64,000 nucleotides of DNA from an uncultured Verrucomicrobiota bacterium (GTDB lineage: Bacteria > Verrucomicrobiota > Kiritimatiellia > RFP12 > UBA3636): contig CASEAR010000117.1 in NCBI GenBank assembly GCA_949285835.1, positions 302 through 64,301 of the forward strand, given 5' to 3'. Shown piece by piece: positions 28,992-40,310 of this stretch (its first letter is position 1; each line of letters opens with the position of its first letter). Both the position numbers and the translations under genes were made by a program. The notes beneath the pieces were generated by a model. That model saw only the letters and a list, made by a program, of their open reading frames with translations. It was not told the DNA's origin and did not search any database.

Positions 28992-31900
28992 TAAGAGCTC
29001 CGCAGCAAAAGCCGAGACCGCGCGGCGCGCAATTTTCCAATGATGCGTTCCCGCATTCTGCCGCGCGATTCTCCCGTCCACTCTTCACAGAACACTCCGG
29101 GATCGCTGCCCCTGGAGACGCTCCCTCCCCTGACAAACAGGTATATCGCTCCGCCTGTGCACTCCGGCATCCCCGCAAAACTGCGCAGCCACCGGTCCAG
29201 CGCAAGCAGGTATATTCCGTACTGTATGTCGTAGCCGCACTCTCTCATCTTTTCCCCGACAGACGCGGGATCGTAGCCATCCAGAAGATTCGTTTTCCAG
29301 TCCACGACGTAGTACCTGCCGCCGGAGCGGAACAGCAGGTCAATAAAACCGGTCATGGCGGCGCCGTGCCGCCCCGTCTGCCGGTCTGACTGCCCGTACA
29401 GGACGTCTTCTTCTGAAAACTCGAACTCCAGCTCAGTCAGGCGGTCGCATGGGGGTATATCCGCGAGCCTCACGCCGGCAAACGGGAGTTTAAACGTCAG
29501 CGCTTTCCAGACCATGAGCGCCATCTCGCCGACTGAATCGCAGAACAGAGGATCACCGCCGCAAAGCTCAGGTCTGATGCGGCGGTTCACAAGCCCGCAC
29601 AAGCGCATCTTTTCCGTGATCAAATCAGAAAGGCCTTTGTCCGCGAGCACCGATTCCGCCGAAGCGTGCCTCCCCACGGACTCAAAATCCGGAGCTGAAG
29701 CCGCCTTGCACAACGCTTCCATCACGGAGTGGAACGCCGTACCGCTCGTTGTTCCGGGCGGAAGGCATGTCCTGACGTCCGAGCGGCTCCCCTGTGCCGC
29801 CATGTCCCATTCCCCTTCATCCTCGCCCGATTTGCCGTCGCGGGCATCGTCGCCCGGAGAAACAGCCCCGTCCTCCGCCGCCTTCAGGCTTTCATGCACA
29901 GAACTGAACGAATCGTAGTAAAACCGGTGCTGCCTCAGGGATGGCAGTACAAATATCGCGGGGAAAGCGCGGCTGCCTAACGGAGCGCCGTTAGTTTCGG
30001 AGTGCTCCTCCGAATCCCTTTCCCCATACATATCCGTGCCGCATGCCTCTACCTCTTCAGCAAGGTTGCCAGTCGTACTCTTCAGCAATCTGTCGAAGGC
30101 GGGAACAAGCAGTTCATTCATCAGCCGGTGGTTTGCACCGCCGTCCCTCACGCATAGCACATAGAGCCTGTACTCCGCTCTCGTCATGGCCACATAATAA
30201 AGACATTTGTCATCCGCGGCACGCTGTGACGTCGGCTTCCCCAGATCTTTGCCGGCGAGGAATTCCCTTACAACCCTGCCGCCGCGTTCTGCATATGCAG
30301 AGCCGTCGTCTTTGCCCGAGCCGCATCCGGCGGACAGAAACACCACAGGGAATTCAAGCCCTTTTGAGGCGTGAAGCGTCATCACATTTACGCAATTCCG
30401 GTCCGCTGCGCAGGTTCTGGCCTCTTTATCGCCTGTGCCGCCGATGATAGAGCGCATGGCTTCGATGTAGCAGTCAATATTATCCGCACGCGCTCCGGCT
30501 TTGCTGACAAGCATTTCAAACACCTGCGAATACATCTCCACGGAATCGTCCGGATCCTTTCCGGCCGCAGCATGCCTGTAGGCCAACCCTGTGTCGTAAA
30601 CCGCAGATCGAAACACCGCCGCCCATAACCTGCGTTCTGCGAGCTCCAGCCAACGCCTGCTCAGTTCGGCCAGCAGCCTCTTCTCGTCCTCATAGCGTCC
30701 CGGTATAACAGCGTCCGGCGGCAGCGCAAAAATATCCGACAGGAGCAGCGCATTCGGAGACGAAAAACCGTTCAGCAGCCCCGACAAATACTTCAGCAGC
30801 ACATACACGGCCTCAGCTTCGGCACTCTCCCCTATGTCAGCATATCCCTTGTACGAGAAATGTATGCCGGCGGCACGAAAAGCGTTCTCCACATGTCGCA
30901 CATCCGTGTTATTGCGCACAAGGACGCAAAAGTCCGATTCCGTCAGATGTCTGCCGTCCGGATATTCCTTGTCGTACACCCGACAGTCCTCGCTCATCAG
31001 ACGTCTTATTTCCGAAGCGATAAAACCGGCGAACTCCGAATATGCGACACCATTTGTCACCCCTCCGGACGCGCGGCTACGGCTTCCCGGACGCCCGGCA
31101 TTCCCCCCATCGGAAGCCGCATCGGCATCCTCTCCCGACGGCACGAACACATATACCGGCGGCCCGGAAGCCGCATCTGGCATCCCGGCTTCTTTTATTC
31201 TTTTCGGATTCGGATGCGGCGTCCTCACTCCGGGATATTTGAACTCCATATCGCCCCCGAACCATTCTTCGCCGGAAAACATAACGTTGAAGGCATCGCA
31301 CATAGCGTCTGTGCACCTGTACGTAACGCCCAGCTCAAAACGTTTGAAATCTGTCCCTCTGCTGAGTTCTTCTACCGCCTTAAAGTACGTATTTACGCTG
31401 GCCCCTCTGAAAGAGTAAATCGCCTGCTTGGGATCTCCGACGACAATAAGCCTGTTGCCGAAATTCTCCGCACCTTCATACTCCCGGTCGTGCAGATCCG
31501 TGAATAACCGGGAAAAAATTTCCCACTGAGCCGGATCCGTGTCCTGAAATTCATCCACCAGAGCCGTCCGGTACCGTCTCCTGATAGCGTTCAATATGCG
31601 CACCGCCCCGGGATTCCCGCGAGACGGCAGCAGCGTGTCTCGTACATTTCTCACCATGTCGTTGTGGGAGACAAGACCTGATCCGCGGCGCATAGCGGAA
31701 CTGGACTCGTATATGCTTCTGCAAAACAGATTCAGCCATTCCTGTACTGTCGCCAGACATTGTTTGAAAATCCCGGAGCCTTCACTGAAAATCCCGCATA
31801 TCTCCTCTTTTTCCGCATCGCCCAGCTTACAGCCGGTCTTCTTGAAAACATCCGCATACGTGCCGAAGTCCTTACTCAACAATCTGCAAAAACGAGCGAT

Positions 31901-32758
31901 ACGATTCTGAGAACCACAGCTTCCGCAGACAATGCTGCGAATCCCGTCCAGCACATCGGCATATTCTTTCTTAATCGACTTAAGGACAACACCCGTCCAC
32001 CAGTCTCCGCCGCCCTCTCCTCCGGGAGCGGCTTCGCAAAAACGCTTCAGCCTGCGCCCCAGAGAATCTATCCTAAGATTCATCTCGGACGGTAGTTTGC
32101 TTATTTCAGACGCTTCCACAATGGGAGGTACGGAGGCATCGCTGCACAAAACCAATCTGTCGCCATTGACAAAATCCGCCTCCCCGGATATCTGCACCAG
32201 CTTTTCCAGAACCCCTTCATATTTCCCGGGATCTTTAAACAGCGCCGCGGCGGCGGCGCTGAAGATCACTGCATACAGTTCCGTCCCAGAGAAAATACCG
32301 TCCGCAGAGGCGTCATCCGCCTTGTCTGCCGACGAATATATCAGCCGCTCCAACGCAGCTTTTGTCAGCGCATCAGTATTGTCAAGCTCCGGCGACAGTG
32401 CCTGAGAATTTTCAAAAGCATACTCCCTAAGCACTCTGTGGCAAAAAGAGTGTATCGTGGAAATCGACGACAAATCATAGTTATCGAGAGCATTTTTCAC
32501 GCGAATCCGTTCCGCCGGCGGCAGATCCGGATCCGCCGCCGAGATCACCAGACGGCTCCATATCCATTCCCGGAGCACCGCCGCCGCATTTTCCGTGAAC
32601 GTAACAAGCAGTATGGACTCAATACCGGCATCAGAACCGCAAACAAGCTTCTGGAAAATGTTTTCCAAAGCGAACGTTTTGCCGGTACCGGCGGAGGCCT
32701 CCACGACAACATTGCCGGTGCTTCCGATTTTGTCCCATATGTTCTCTTCCTTCTCCAT
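28991..32758 (-). CDS. recB: Exodeoxyribonuclease V beta subunit
   Basis: EASAGTGKT, TIHSFC, VDEFQDT, VGDPKQAIYSFRGA, HASKGLEF, YVAMTRA; nuclease GFIDLLF..VDWKTN. Confidence 0.93.
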   Translation of the reverse strand: MEKEENIWDKIGSTGNVVVEASAGTGKTFALENIFQKLVCGSDAGIESILLVTFTENAAAVLREWIWSRLVISAADPDLPPAERIRVKNALDNYDLSSISTIHSFCHRVLREYAFENSQALSPELDNTDALTKAALERLIYSSADKADDASADGIFSGTELYAVIFSAAAAALFKDPGKYEGVLEKLVQISGEADFVNGDRLVLCSDASVPPIVEASEISKLPSEMNLRIDSLGRRLKRFCEAAPGGEGGGDWWTGVVLKSIKKEYADVLDGIRSIVCGSCGSQNRIARFCRLLSKDFGTYADVFKKTGCKLGDAEKEEICGIFSEGSGIFKQCLATVQEWLNLFCRSIYESSSAMRRGSGLVSHNDMVRNVRDTLLPSRGNPGAVRILNAIRRRYRTALVDEFQDTDPAQWEIFSRLFTDLHDREYEGAENFGNRLIVVGDPKQAIYSFRGASVNTYFKAVEELSRGTDFKRFELGVTYRCTDAMCDAFNVMFSGEEWFGGDMEFKYPGVRTPHPNPKRIKEAGMPDAASGPPVYVFVPSGEDADAASDGGNAGRPGSRSRASGGVTNGVAYSEFAGFIASEIRRLMSEDCRVYDKEYPDGRHLTESDFCVLVRNNTDVRHVENAFRAAGIHFSYKGYADIGESAEAEAVYVLLKYLSGLLNGFSSPNALLLSDIFALPPDAVIPGRYEDEKRLLAELSRRWLELAERRLWAAVFRSAVYDTGLAYRHAAAGKDPDDSVEMYSQVFEMLVSKAGARADNIDCYIEAMRSIIGGTGDKEARTCAADRNCVNVMTLHASKGLEFPVVFLSAGCGSGKDDGSAYAERGGRVVREFLAGKDLGKPTSQRAADDKCLYYVAMTRAEYRLYVLCVRDGGANHRLMNELLVPAFDRLLKSTTGNLAEEVEACGTDMYGERDSEEHSETNGAPLGSRAFPAIFVLPSLRQHRFYYDSFSSVHESLKAAEDGAVSPGDDARDGKSGEDEGEWDMAAQGSRSDVRTCLPPGTTSGTAFHSVMEALCKAASAPDFESVGRHASAESVLADKGLSDLITEKMRLCGLVNRRIRPELCGGDPLFCDSVGEMALMVWKALTFKLPFAGVRLADIPPCDRLTELEFEFSEEDVLYGQSDRQTGRHGAAMTGFIDLLFRSGGRYYVVDWKTNLLDGYDPASVGEKMRECGYDIQYGIYLLALDRWLRSFAGMPECTGGAIYLFVRGGSVSRGSDPGVFCEEWTGESRGRMRERIIGKLRAARSRLLLRSS

Positions 32759-32777
32759 AAAAACCCACCGGGAAAAA

Positions 32778-35700
32778 CTACAAAGACGAATCGTTACGTC
32801 CCGCCTCGCAGGAACCGCGTATAAGTATGCCGAAGCGCCGGTTCAGGGTTTCCCCGTTGAAACGCGCCTTTACTTCTTCCGGAACATCCCCGCTCTCAGA
32901 AAGACTCTGCCACAATCGGTTCAAGGATGCGTCAACGCACAATTTTTTTTGCGGTCTTTTGTACGAAGTCCCGGCAAGCCTCTTTGCCGCGCACCTCAGG
33001 ATGTCTTCTGCAGTCAGAACGGACAAATCCGCGTTCTTATGGAAGAACCCCTCCGCATCTTCGTACGACAGCGGCAGATACAGCGAGCCGTCGTCAAAAA
33101 AATCTGCGGCGAGATTCTCAAGGTAACCGCGCGCGTCTGCCGCCCCGATTCCGGAAAGAGAATAAAGCGACAGCAGGCCTTTCCTTCCGTCATACCCGCA
33201 GATTTCCATCTCGGCCATACACCCGGAAGCCCTGACGGCCAAAAGCCCCAGCTTCAGCATTATTACATCATCGCTCCGCATTACACCATCGCTCCACGTC
33301 CAGTAAAAGACCCTTATTCTGGACACGCGCCCGTTCTCTTCGCTCACCATTGCATATTGGATCTCCGCATTGAAAACGGCAGGCGGCGCATCGTCTCCCA
33401 GATCCAGCGCACAGTCAAACAGCAAAGGGCGCAGCCCCTCGGACGATCTCCGGAACGGAGCGCCCACAATCAGCTGACGGCATTCCGCCCCCGCCTGAGC
33501 CTCCGCCCGCAGGAACTCCGTCATCCCGGTCACAACCCGAGACTCCTCCTCAACAATAGAAAAGAAATCAAGACTGGACATAAACGTGTCCGGCGCAGCT
33601 GATTCAAGAATCAGGTCCCTGTAAGATTTCTCCATTATATCGTCCGGATCCGGCGACGCCATGGCATCCGGCCGCTCCCCGGCACACAGTCCGAAGGAAT
33701 GAAGCACCCGGCAGTATACCCGCTCAAAAAACCTCTTCTCCCCATTCTTGTCCAGCGAGACCGGCAGCAGCTCCGGTTCACGGCCGTCGCTGATATCGTG
33801 ACGTTCCACACCGAACCGCTCCGACAAAACGGCCCTAACCGGATCCCTCAGAAAACGCGCCATCTTCCCTGCGGTAATCCTCGTGCGCAGAGCGCAGTCC
33901 TGCCGCGCATCACCCGGCCCGGCCGCCGTCTCGACGCATCCGCGTGCGCAACCGCCGGCATTCGCCAGAACAATCTGCGCGATCCGCCCCGCATGCTTGT
34001 CGCCGGACATGCTGCGGAGCATGCGTACCGCCTGCGCCGCATCCTCCCGCAGCGCGCATCCGATCCGGCATTCCGGCGCAAACGTTCTTCCAAGCCCGCC
34101 AAAACACGCATCCCGGAACCCGTCAACGCAAAGCCTGTCATCCTCTTTGAGCGGGATACCCGCTTCCCTGAAAACACCGCCGCGCACCCCGTTCTCACAC
34201 AATATGTGAGCGGAAACAAAATTTTTCACGACACTGACCGCACAGCTCGGAAATTTCACCGAGTTTTTCGCTGTGTCGCGGCACACATAACTCATAACGA
34301 AGCGCTCTCCGGCGGACATTAAGGCTTCCAGAAAAAGAAATCTGTTTATCTGCGCCTTCGACACCTCGCCGATCCTGCGGGAAAGTTCCTTTATCTCAAG
34401 TGTGGAATCAGCGTCCCGCCCCGGGAACAAGTCCTCTCCCATTCCGACCGCATATATGTGCTTGAACGGTACGGAACGCATCGGCAAAAACGGAGCGATG
34501 GTCACGCCGGACGTGAGATACCGTCCGTGGTCTGCCAGACTTTGACCGCAAGCATCCTCCAGATACTGCGACACAAACTGCAATGGAAACTTCCTGTCCT
34601 CCCCCCCGAAACTGCGCATGGAATCCGCAAATTCACCGGCAAGCCTCACAAACGCCTCATAACAGGCGGCGCCTTCCCTGTCGTCCGCAGGGATTCTGAA
34701 ATATTCGTCCGCCATATTCTGCAGGACAGAGGCCCACTCCGACGCGCTCCTCTCCTCCCCGCAGGCATCCGATGCGAAGCGGTACAATTCTTCCACAATG
34801 CCGGACAATTTCACAAGACTGGAGTCCATGGAAACGTCCGTGTATATAAGGGGGGCAACGCTGCCGCCCGAACTTCCCGGCGTTTTTCTGCACACAGTTC
34901 CCATACGGATACGCCGGAATACATAGTCCCACGTGTGTACGCCGAGAGATTCCACATTGCGCCGGAGCAGATCCGCCTTGTCAAAAAAACCGCAAATCCC
35001 GTACCTGTGCGCCGCGCTCTCCCAGTCATTCAGATCTTTTTCCGTCACACCGAAGCTTGCGGCCACATACGGTTCGCGGAGCAGACTGAAAACCTCGTCC
35101 CTCCCAAAATCTCCATCCCCCAGCGACAGCAGTTTGAAGAGTGCCCGCCAGAACCTTCCGGCATCATGTCCCGGATTGCCGGTAATCGAATACGGCACCT
35201 CTCCACGCGAATCAAAAACGTATTCTATGACCGGCCCGTATACGCTCATATCGGAAACAAGCACGGCTATGTCCGAAAAATTGAACTCTTCCGCATTCTT
35301 AATGTCAAGTTCCTTCACCCCTTCCGGCCCTACCTCCTGCGGAACCTCCAATACGCTCTCAAGAATGCTGTTGTACACCGTTTCAATCTCACGGACGATC
35401 CCGGGCGCCGCGGCAACCTGCAGCGAAGAATCCTGCGGCAATCCGGTCAAATCAGACGTACACACCCGGACACTCTCCCGCACGGCGTCAAGCACCGTTC
35501 CGCACTCCCGCACTGTATCAGGCTCACACAGCTCCAGACTCGCCCCGCCCTCCTCCAGATCAACCAGAAGCGACATCGTCTCGCGTCCGGCCCTGCCAAG
35601 GGCCCCCAACAGTTCGTTCTCTATGTAATCGTCGGACTCATCAACCGAATTCGAAGCGCGGAGTCTCCTTATTTTCTCCCACTTCGTCTCAATATCCCCC

Positions 35701-36494
35701 CAGTACTCCACGCACACTGTCCTGCAGAAAAAATAAACGTCCGACACAGACGACAGCTCATGGATAGCCGCCGCATGCAGTTCCGAAAAAGAGGAGTGCC
35801 CGAAAAAGAAATGGCGCGCACCGGCGATTCTGCGCTTCGCACCGGATTCATGCACGCGGTTTAAAAGCTGCCTGAGGGAGATCACTTCTCCATCCTGCGG
35901 GAAAATGCCGTCTTTCCCAAACAAACGCCTGAAAAGCTCCGCCTGCGCCCTAATCATCTCATCAGGGCTCTCCCGGCTCCGCCAATCGCCGGACAGCCAC
36001 CCCTCGACAGCGCTGCGCCTGTGGAACTCGTACTCCCTTAAATAGTTCGCCAGCTTCCCGGACAGCTGCCACACGCGTCTGGAAACATCCGCATCGGAAA
36101 GCATATCCGGAAGTTTTCCCGCCTCGCCGCGAACCGACGCCCTGCCCCCTTCGCTATAATTTCTGAAAACGTCCAGCACATCACCGTATCCGGAAACGAT
36201 CTCCCATGCCGCGGCCCGCTGCAGATCAGCTTCCCCCAGCAAAGCGTGCGGCCGTTCCTCTTCCGGAAGCAAATCCCTGAGGGCGTTCCACAAATACGTC
36301 TCAAAAAAAGGGAACCCCACCCCCATGCATATGCCGGAAGACTGCGCCCATCTGCGCTTCAGCCAGCTCGCGACACTGCCATTGGGCACAACGATGCTCA
36401 CCGGGGAAAACGGATCCATTCCCGGGGACGCTTCCGCAAAAAGCCTGTCTGCAAGAAAACCTGTATCGCTGCCGTAATATATCTTGAGTGACAT
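32778..36494 (-). CDS. recC: Exodeoxyribonuclease V gamma subunit
   Basis: DPFSPVSIVVPN, EYWGDI, NELLGALGRAGRE, SDIAVLVSDM, PMRSVPFK, FLFLEALMSA; upstream of recB-recD. Confidence 0.92.
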   Translation of the reverse strand: MSLKIYYGSDTGFLADRLFAEASPGMDPFSPVSIVVPNGSVASWLKRRWAQSSGICMGVGFPFFETYLWNALRDLLPEEERPHALLGEADLQRAAAWEIVSGYGDVLDVFRNYSEGGRASVRGEAGKLPDMLSDADVSRRVWQLSGKLANYLREYEFHRRSAVEGWLSGDWRSRESPDEMIRAQAELFRRLFGKDGIFPQDGEVISLRQLLNRVHESGAKRRIAGARHFFFGHSSFSELHAAAIHELSSVSDVYFFCRTVCVEYWGDIETKWEKIRRLRASNSVDESDDYIENELLGALGRAGRETMSLLVDLEEGGASLELCEPDTVRECGTVLDAVRESVRVCTSDLTGLPQDSSLQVAAAPGIVREIETVYNSILESVLEVPQEVGPEGVKELDIKNAEEFNFSDIAVLVSDMSVYGPVIEYVFDSRGEVPYSITGNPGHDAGRFWRALFKLLSLGDGDFGRDEVFSLLREPYVAASFGVTEKDLNDWESAAHRYGICGFFDKADLLRRNVESLGVHTWDYVFRRIRMGTVCRKTPGSSGGSVAPLIYTDVSMDSSLVKLSGIVEELYRFASDACGEERSASEWASVLQNMADEYFRIPADDREGAACYEAFVRLAGEFADSMRSFGGEDRKFPLQFVSQYLEDACGQSLADHGRYLTSGVTIAPFLPMRSVPFKHIYAVGMGEDLFPGRDADSTLEIKELSRRIGEVSKAQINRFLFLEALMSAGERFVMSYVCRDTAKNSVKFPSCAVSVVKNFVSAHILCENGVRGGVFREAGIPLKEDDRLCVDGFRDACFGGLGRTFAPECRIGCALREDAAQAVRMLRSMSGDKHAGRIAQIVLANAGGCARGCVETAAGPGDARQDCALRTRITAGKMARFLRDPVRAVLSERFGVERHDISDGREPELLPVSLDKNGEKRFFERVYCRVLHSFGLCAGERPDAMASPDPDDIMEKSYRDLILESAAPDTFMSSLDFFSIVEEESRVVTGMTEFLRAEAQAGAECRQLIVGAPFRRSSEGLRPLLFDCALDLGDDAPPAVFNAEIQYAMVSEENGRVSRIRVFYWTWSDGVMRSDDVIMLKLGLLAVRASGCMAEMEICGYDGRKGLLSLYSLSGIGAADARGYLENLAADFFDDGSLYLPLSYEDAEGFFHKNADLSVLTAEDILRCAAKRLAGTSYKRPQKKLCVDASLNRLWQSLSESGDVPEEVKARFNGETLNRRFGILIRGSCEAGRNDSSL

Positions 36495-36599
36495 CGTATT
36501 CTGCCGGACACGAAAAATGACGGACGGACAAAACCGCACCTCGGCAAGCTTGCGCCGGAGGTTCCGGCTGTTACGCCTGAAACAGCCTCCGCGGCAATA

Positions 36600-37073
36600 T
36601 CAGTTAGCCGGAACCCAGTTCCCGTCCGAGTCCATGAACAACTCGCCTTCTTGGGCACGTTCTTTTATGCGTTCGGCATGTCTTTCCCCCACCTGCTCTG
36701 CGCTCATGGAACGCTTGGAGGCAACCAAAGCGTAAATCCTGCGGCGCGCCGCATTCTCCTCTGCAACAAGCTCTGCGTCACCGGCAGGCACGTCTTTAAC
36801 AACAAACCCTATTGTGCCGTCAGGTTTTTCTCCGACAATCCCCCTGGATTTAAGCTCGCTTATTTTTGCTTCTCGTGCCTTGAAGGCTTCTCTCCTCTCG
36901 TATGCATCCGCCCCGCCGTTTTTCCCAAAAGCCTTATCTAGGTCCTCGTCAACCTTCAAATTGACGTCCATGGTAATGTGTATGGGCTTGATTTCATGGG
37001 TAGTCCTTATGCAGCCCGTTCCGGACAAAACGGCACATGCCGAGGCAAACAACAAAGCCAAATTCTTGTTCAT
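36600..37073 (-). CDS. Lipoprotein, YnbE-like N-terminus fused to YdbL (DUF1318) domain
   Basis: Lipobox-like LSGTGC; KPIHITMDVNLKVD; GIVGEKPDG..VAEENAARRRIY..AQEGELF..DGNW. Confidence 0.8.
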   Translation of the reverse strand: MNKNLALLFASACAVLSGTGCIRTTHEIKPIHITMDVNLKVDEDLDKAFGKNGGADAYERREAFKAREAKISELKSRGIVGEKPDGTIGFVVKDVPAGDAELVAEENAARRRIYALVASKRSMSAEQVGERHAERIKERAQEGELFMDSDGNWVPAN

Positions 37074-37532
37074 AACATTCTTCCAGTCATATGTAGCAAA
37101 CCACAACTCCGCGGATACTGCGAAAACTGCAGCACGCCCGCACCATGCAGTCCTTTTACCATACCCGGATTAATTAATCAACGGTAAACGACAAAGACCC
37201 GGAATACGGCCGGCCCGGCAGATGGATGAACGGCAGGAACGCGTCCGTCAAGCTTCTCAGCTTTTCCCTCCTGTGCACGAAATGGCAGTATCCACCTCCC
37301 TGCCGTCTAAACATACGCGCCGGTTAATATCTGTCGGTCTATCCTAATATCGAAGCAGCCCCGGCAGCTTCACGGAATATCACTGGCGCACCGCTCCTTT
37401 TTTCCTGCACTGCTTTACCGTACGTTGTCTGCACGAGGTCAATGCCGAGTGTTTCAGTATATGACGGTTGTATCTTGTTTTGACGCATATCAGGCTTAGA
37501 ATCCCACGGTCTGTCAGCATCCATATCGCGTC

Positions 37533-37823
37533 TTACGGAGGGCTTTTCTCGCCGGCAATGAGCTGGCGGAGCAGATTTGCCGGGATGTTGGCAATCTTTA
37601 TGCCCACATTGTCCGCGTTTCCGCCAAGTGTGGAATTTTGCGCCATACGGACTGAATAGTCGCATATATCGCGGTCATGGAAGGAACATGCAGTCGGAAC
37701 AGTACCACGCCTTATATCTCCATCCAGAGAACCTACATGCAGTCCGAGCCGCTGTGCGAGCTTCCTAAAAATCTCCTGTTTGCTTCTGGACTCCCGGAGG
37801 TTCACGTCGTACACTACCTCCAT
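37533..37823 (-). CDS. Hypothetical protein, N-terminus weakly barstar-like
   Basis: ATG-started 96-aa ORF; YDVNLRESRSKQEIFRKLAQRLGL resembles the barstar N-terminus, but the NLDALWD motif is not preserved. Confidence 0.3.
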   Translation of the reverse strand: MEVVYDVNLRESRSKQEIFRKLAQRLGLHVGSLDGDIRRGTVPTACSFHDRDICDYSVRMAQNSTLGGNADNVGIKIANIPANLLRQLIAGEKSPP

Positions 37824-38127
37824 ATTCTGCCGTTAATCAAAAGTCCGGCGTCTCAATGCGGCGTCATGCCTGCTATACTCTCCGCTTATAAGATCTCTTT
37901 TTCTTTCTTTTGTTACATGATTACATATGGGGAAGCGGGCCTCCTTTTTCATTTTTCCGGGGTTTCGCCACTGGGAGGGAAAAGAGGAACCGGGGTTGTC
38001 TTTCTTTTTTCGACTGCAGCCGGGTGTTCCGTTGCTTATTGGATTTCCCCAATCCGGCAAAAAGCCAATTTCTTCTTGATTTATGCCCGCCGATGGTGTA
38101 GCTTAGCCGCAGTTCTCGTTTATGTCT

Positions 38128-38204
<77 letters not shown>

Positions 38205-39024
38205 TGTTTTCAGTACGTCGAATCAGATGCGGATCTACGGTTTCTGCTTCCTCAGATTTGCCGCTATACAGCGGCGTTGATGCGTATGTGCCGTGAGGTT
38301 TGGTTGTCCGACTCTCCGCCGCTTGAGGCTTGACCTGCACGGCTGTTAAACGCTCCATGTCAGTTTTATGCGAAATTCGAGGCTGCATTGCCGTTTCCCA
38401 TGCATGAGTTGCAGAATGCACGGCAAAATTATAATTTTTTTGATCTTTCACATTACTGTTCCCTGCTCATTTTCGAAATCATCATTCTCATGTATACCAA
38501 CTGCATCGTTTGCGTGCCTCTTGAAGAAGAATACACGAAGCGGTCGTTCGACAAACTCAAAAGGACGCGCCTGCTGCGGCCTACATCAGGATCGAAAATC
38601 AGATCTTTCTGCCGGTTGAACAGCAGAAAAAAACAACAAGCGCTTATCATTTCGGCATGCTGCTGATGACGTTTTACCCGCTTTTGCTTTCCCTTCTCTG
38701 ACACGCAAAATACTGATATCTTCCGGAAAACTGTACTTCTCTCTAATGCCTGTTTCGCAATTTATTCCGGGTTCCCGTCTCCAGAAACAAGAGTGGGCTG
38801 GTTCCATTCTTGTTTTTCGCCGACGAGTGTTCCATCACGTATTAGACATCCCGTCATATCTTTAAAACCTTGTTTTAGTTTTTTTTTTGTGCGAGAATCG
38901 CAACGAATTTGTTTGATTACCGTAAATTGACATACGGTGTGCCGCAGACGGCGTTATCTTATCTTATCTTTTTGCAGGAACGAACATTGGCAGACATACA
39001 AAAGGATGCCGGGAGAACTGGAAC

Positions 39025-39717
39025 ATGAGAAAAGAATTGTTGCATAACGGCCACTTTGCCAATGCTGTAGTATGGAAAGAGGAACTCCCGGACGGCAGAT
39101 GCGCCGTGAGAAAAGACTTCTCTCAGCGTTCCTGGATAGTGAAAAACACGATTGGAAGATTTCTTGTCCGCAGAGAAGTCGCATTTATGCAGGCCGTGGA
39201 ATCCACAGAAATCTGTCCCGGCGGCATAACAAGATCCAGTCCATTTTCTCTTACCGAGGACTTTTGTCAGGGAGTAACATTTCGACAGATCGTCAGAGCC
39301 CTGTACGAGGGCGAAAACGCAGTAGACGTTCCTGATTTTCTCAGGCCGCTCCTCTCTCGCCCAGATGTCTCGTTTTTCAGAACTCTTGAAGAAAAGATTC
39401 TGACCATACACAAAATGGGAATAGTACACCTCGACCTACATAACGCCAGAAACATGATGCGACTTCAGGGTGATAAAGCCGTTATCTTGGACTGGCAGTC
39501 CGCAATGCGTACAAACGGCGCGTTTTTGCCGTTCAGACGCTTGATGGAACGGATAGATTTGTCCGGACTTTACAAGCACTGGGAAAAAATCTGTCCGGAT
39601 ACAATGGGACATGAGAGACACAAAGTACTTGAATGGTTTAAAAAAACCAGAAAGTTCTGGGTTCTGCGCGGCATTGCTATAAATTCCCGTATGCCTGAAA
39701 ACACAGAGACTGAATGA
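39025..39717 (+). CDS. RIO/Kdo-type kinase-like protein
   Basis: VRKDF, RRE, GIVHLDLHNARNMM catalytic loop, VILDWQSA (DFG-equivalent). Confidence 0.78.
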   Translation: MRKELLHNGHFANAVVWKEELPDGRCAVRKDFSQRSWIVKNTIGRFLVRREVAFMQAVESTEICPGGITRSSPFSLTEDFCQGVTFRQIVRALYEGENAVDVPDFLRPLLSRPDVSFFRTLEEKILTIHKMGIVHLDLHNARNMMRLQGDKAVILDWQSAMRTNGAFLPFRRLMERIDLSGLYKHWEKICPDTMGHERHKVLEWFKKTRKFWVLRGIAINSRMPENTETE

Positions 39718-39818
39718 CTTCGGAAGAGACCCGATCCAAATCAGACAGAAAAGTTCAAACGCCGTCCGCGCACCATTCGCGTGAACTTTCCCCCGCAGAA
39801 AATATCATGACGCATGCT

Positions 39819-39855
39819 AAAAAAAAGCCTGCCGCGGCAATGCGACAGGCTTTTT
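39819..39855. terminator. Bidirectional intrinsic terminator
   Basis: A8-GCCTGCCGC..GCGACAGGC-T5 between convergent kinase and RRM genes. Confidence 0.8.
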
Positions 39856-39878
39856 CTGATCGAGCACTGAAAAACGAA

Positions 39879-40178
39879 CTACCACCGGGAGACACCGCGG
39901 CGGTTATATCCGCCTTCGTCACGACGATCCTGACGGGGTTTCGGCTGAGATTCGTTTACACGAAGTGCACGACCGTCAACTTCACGGCCGTTTATCGCTT
40001 CAATCGCGGCATTGGCCTCCGCCTGATCCGGCATTTCCACAAACCCGAAACCTTTCGACCGACCGCTGGCACGATCCGTGCAGACTCGGGCTGAAGTTAC
40101 GTTTCCATATTCGGAGAAGAGGGCTTTCAATTGCTCTTCTGTCGTCGCGTAGGCGAGATTACCGACATAGATGTCCAT
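39879..40178 (-). CDS. RRM (RNP) RNA-binding protein
   Basis: RNP2 IYVGNL, RNP1 KGFGFVEM, GRALRVNES, Gly/Arg-rich tail ending in RW. Confidence 0.96.
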   Translation of the reverse strand: MDIYVGNLAYATTEEQLKALFSEYGNVTSARVCTDRASGRSKGFGFVEMPDQAEANAAIEAINGREVDGRALRVNESQPKPRQDRRDEGGYNRRGVSRW

Positions 40179-40281
40179 ACTGATTCGATCCTGTTTTATT
40201 TTTTGAGCCAGCTTTTTTCGATGGCCTTTACTTCCCCGCAAGGCATATCACGGAAGCGAAGCCCATGAGAGAACAGTATGG

Positions 40282-40310
40282 ATGATAATATGTGACGTTT
40301 CATTGTGCAA
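40282..40310 (-). promoter_or_regulatory. Putative sigma70 promoter for the RRM gene
   Basis: TTGCAC-17 bp-TATCAT on the minus strand. Confidence 0.5.

Noticed and set aside
27063..36494. Helicase-nuclease cluster as a new defence system
   Set aside because: Motifs and gene order match ordinary recC-recB-recD
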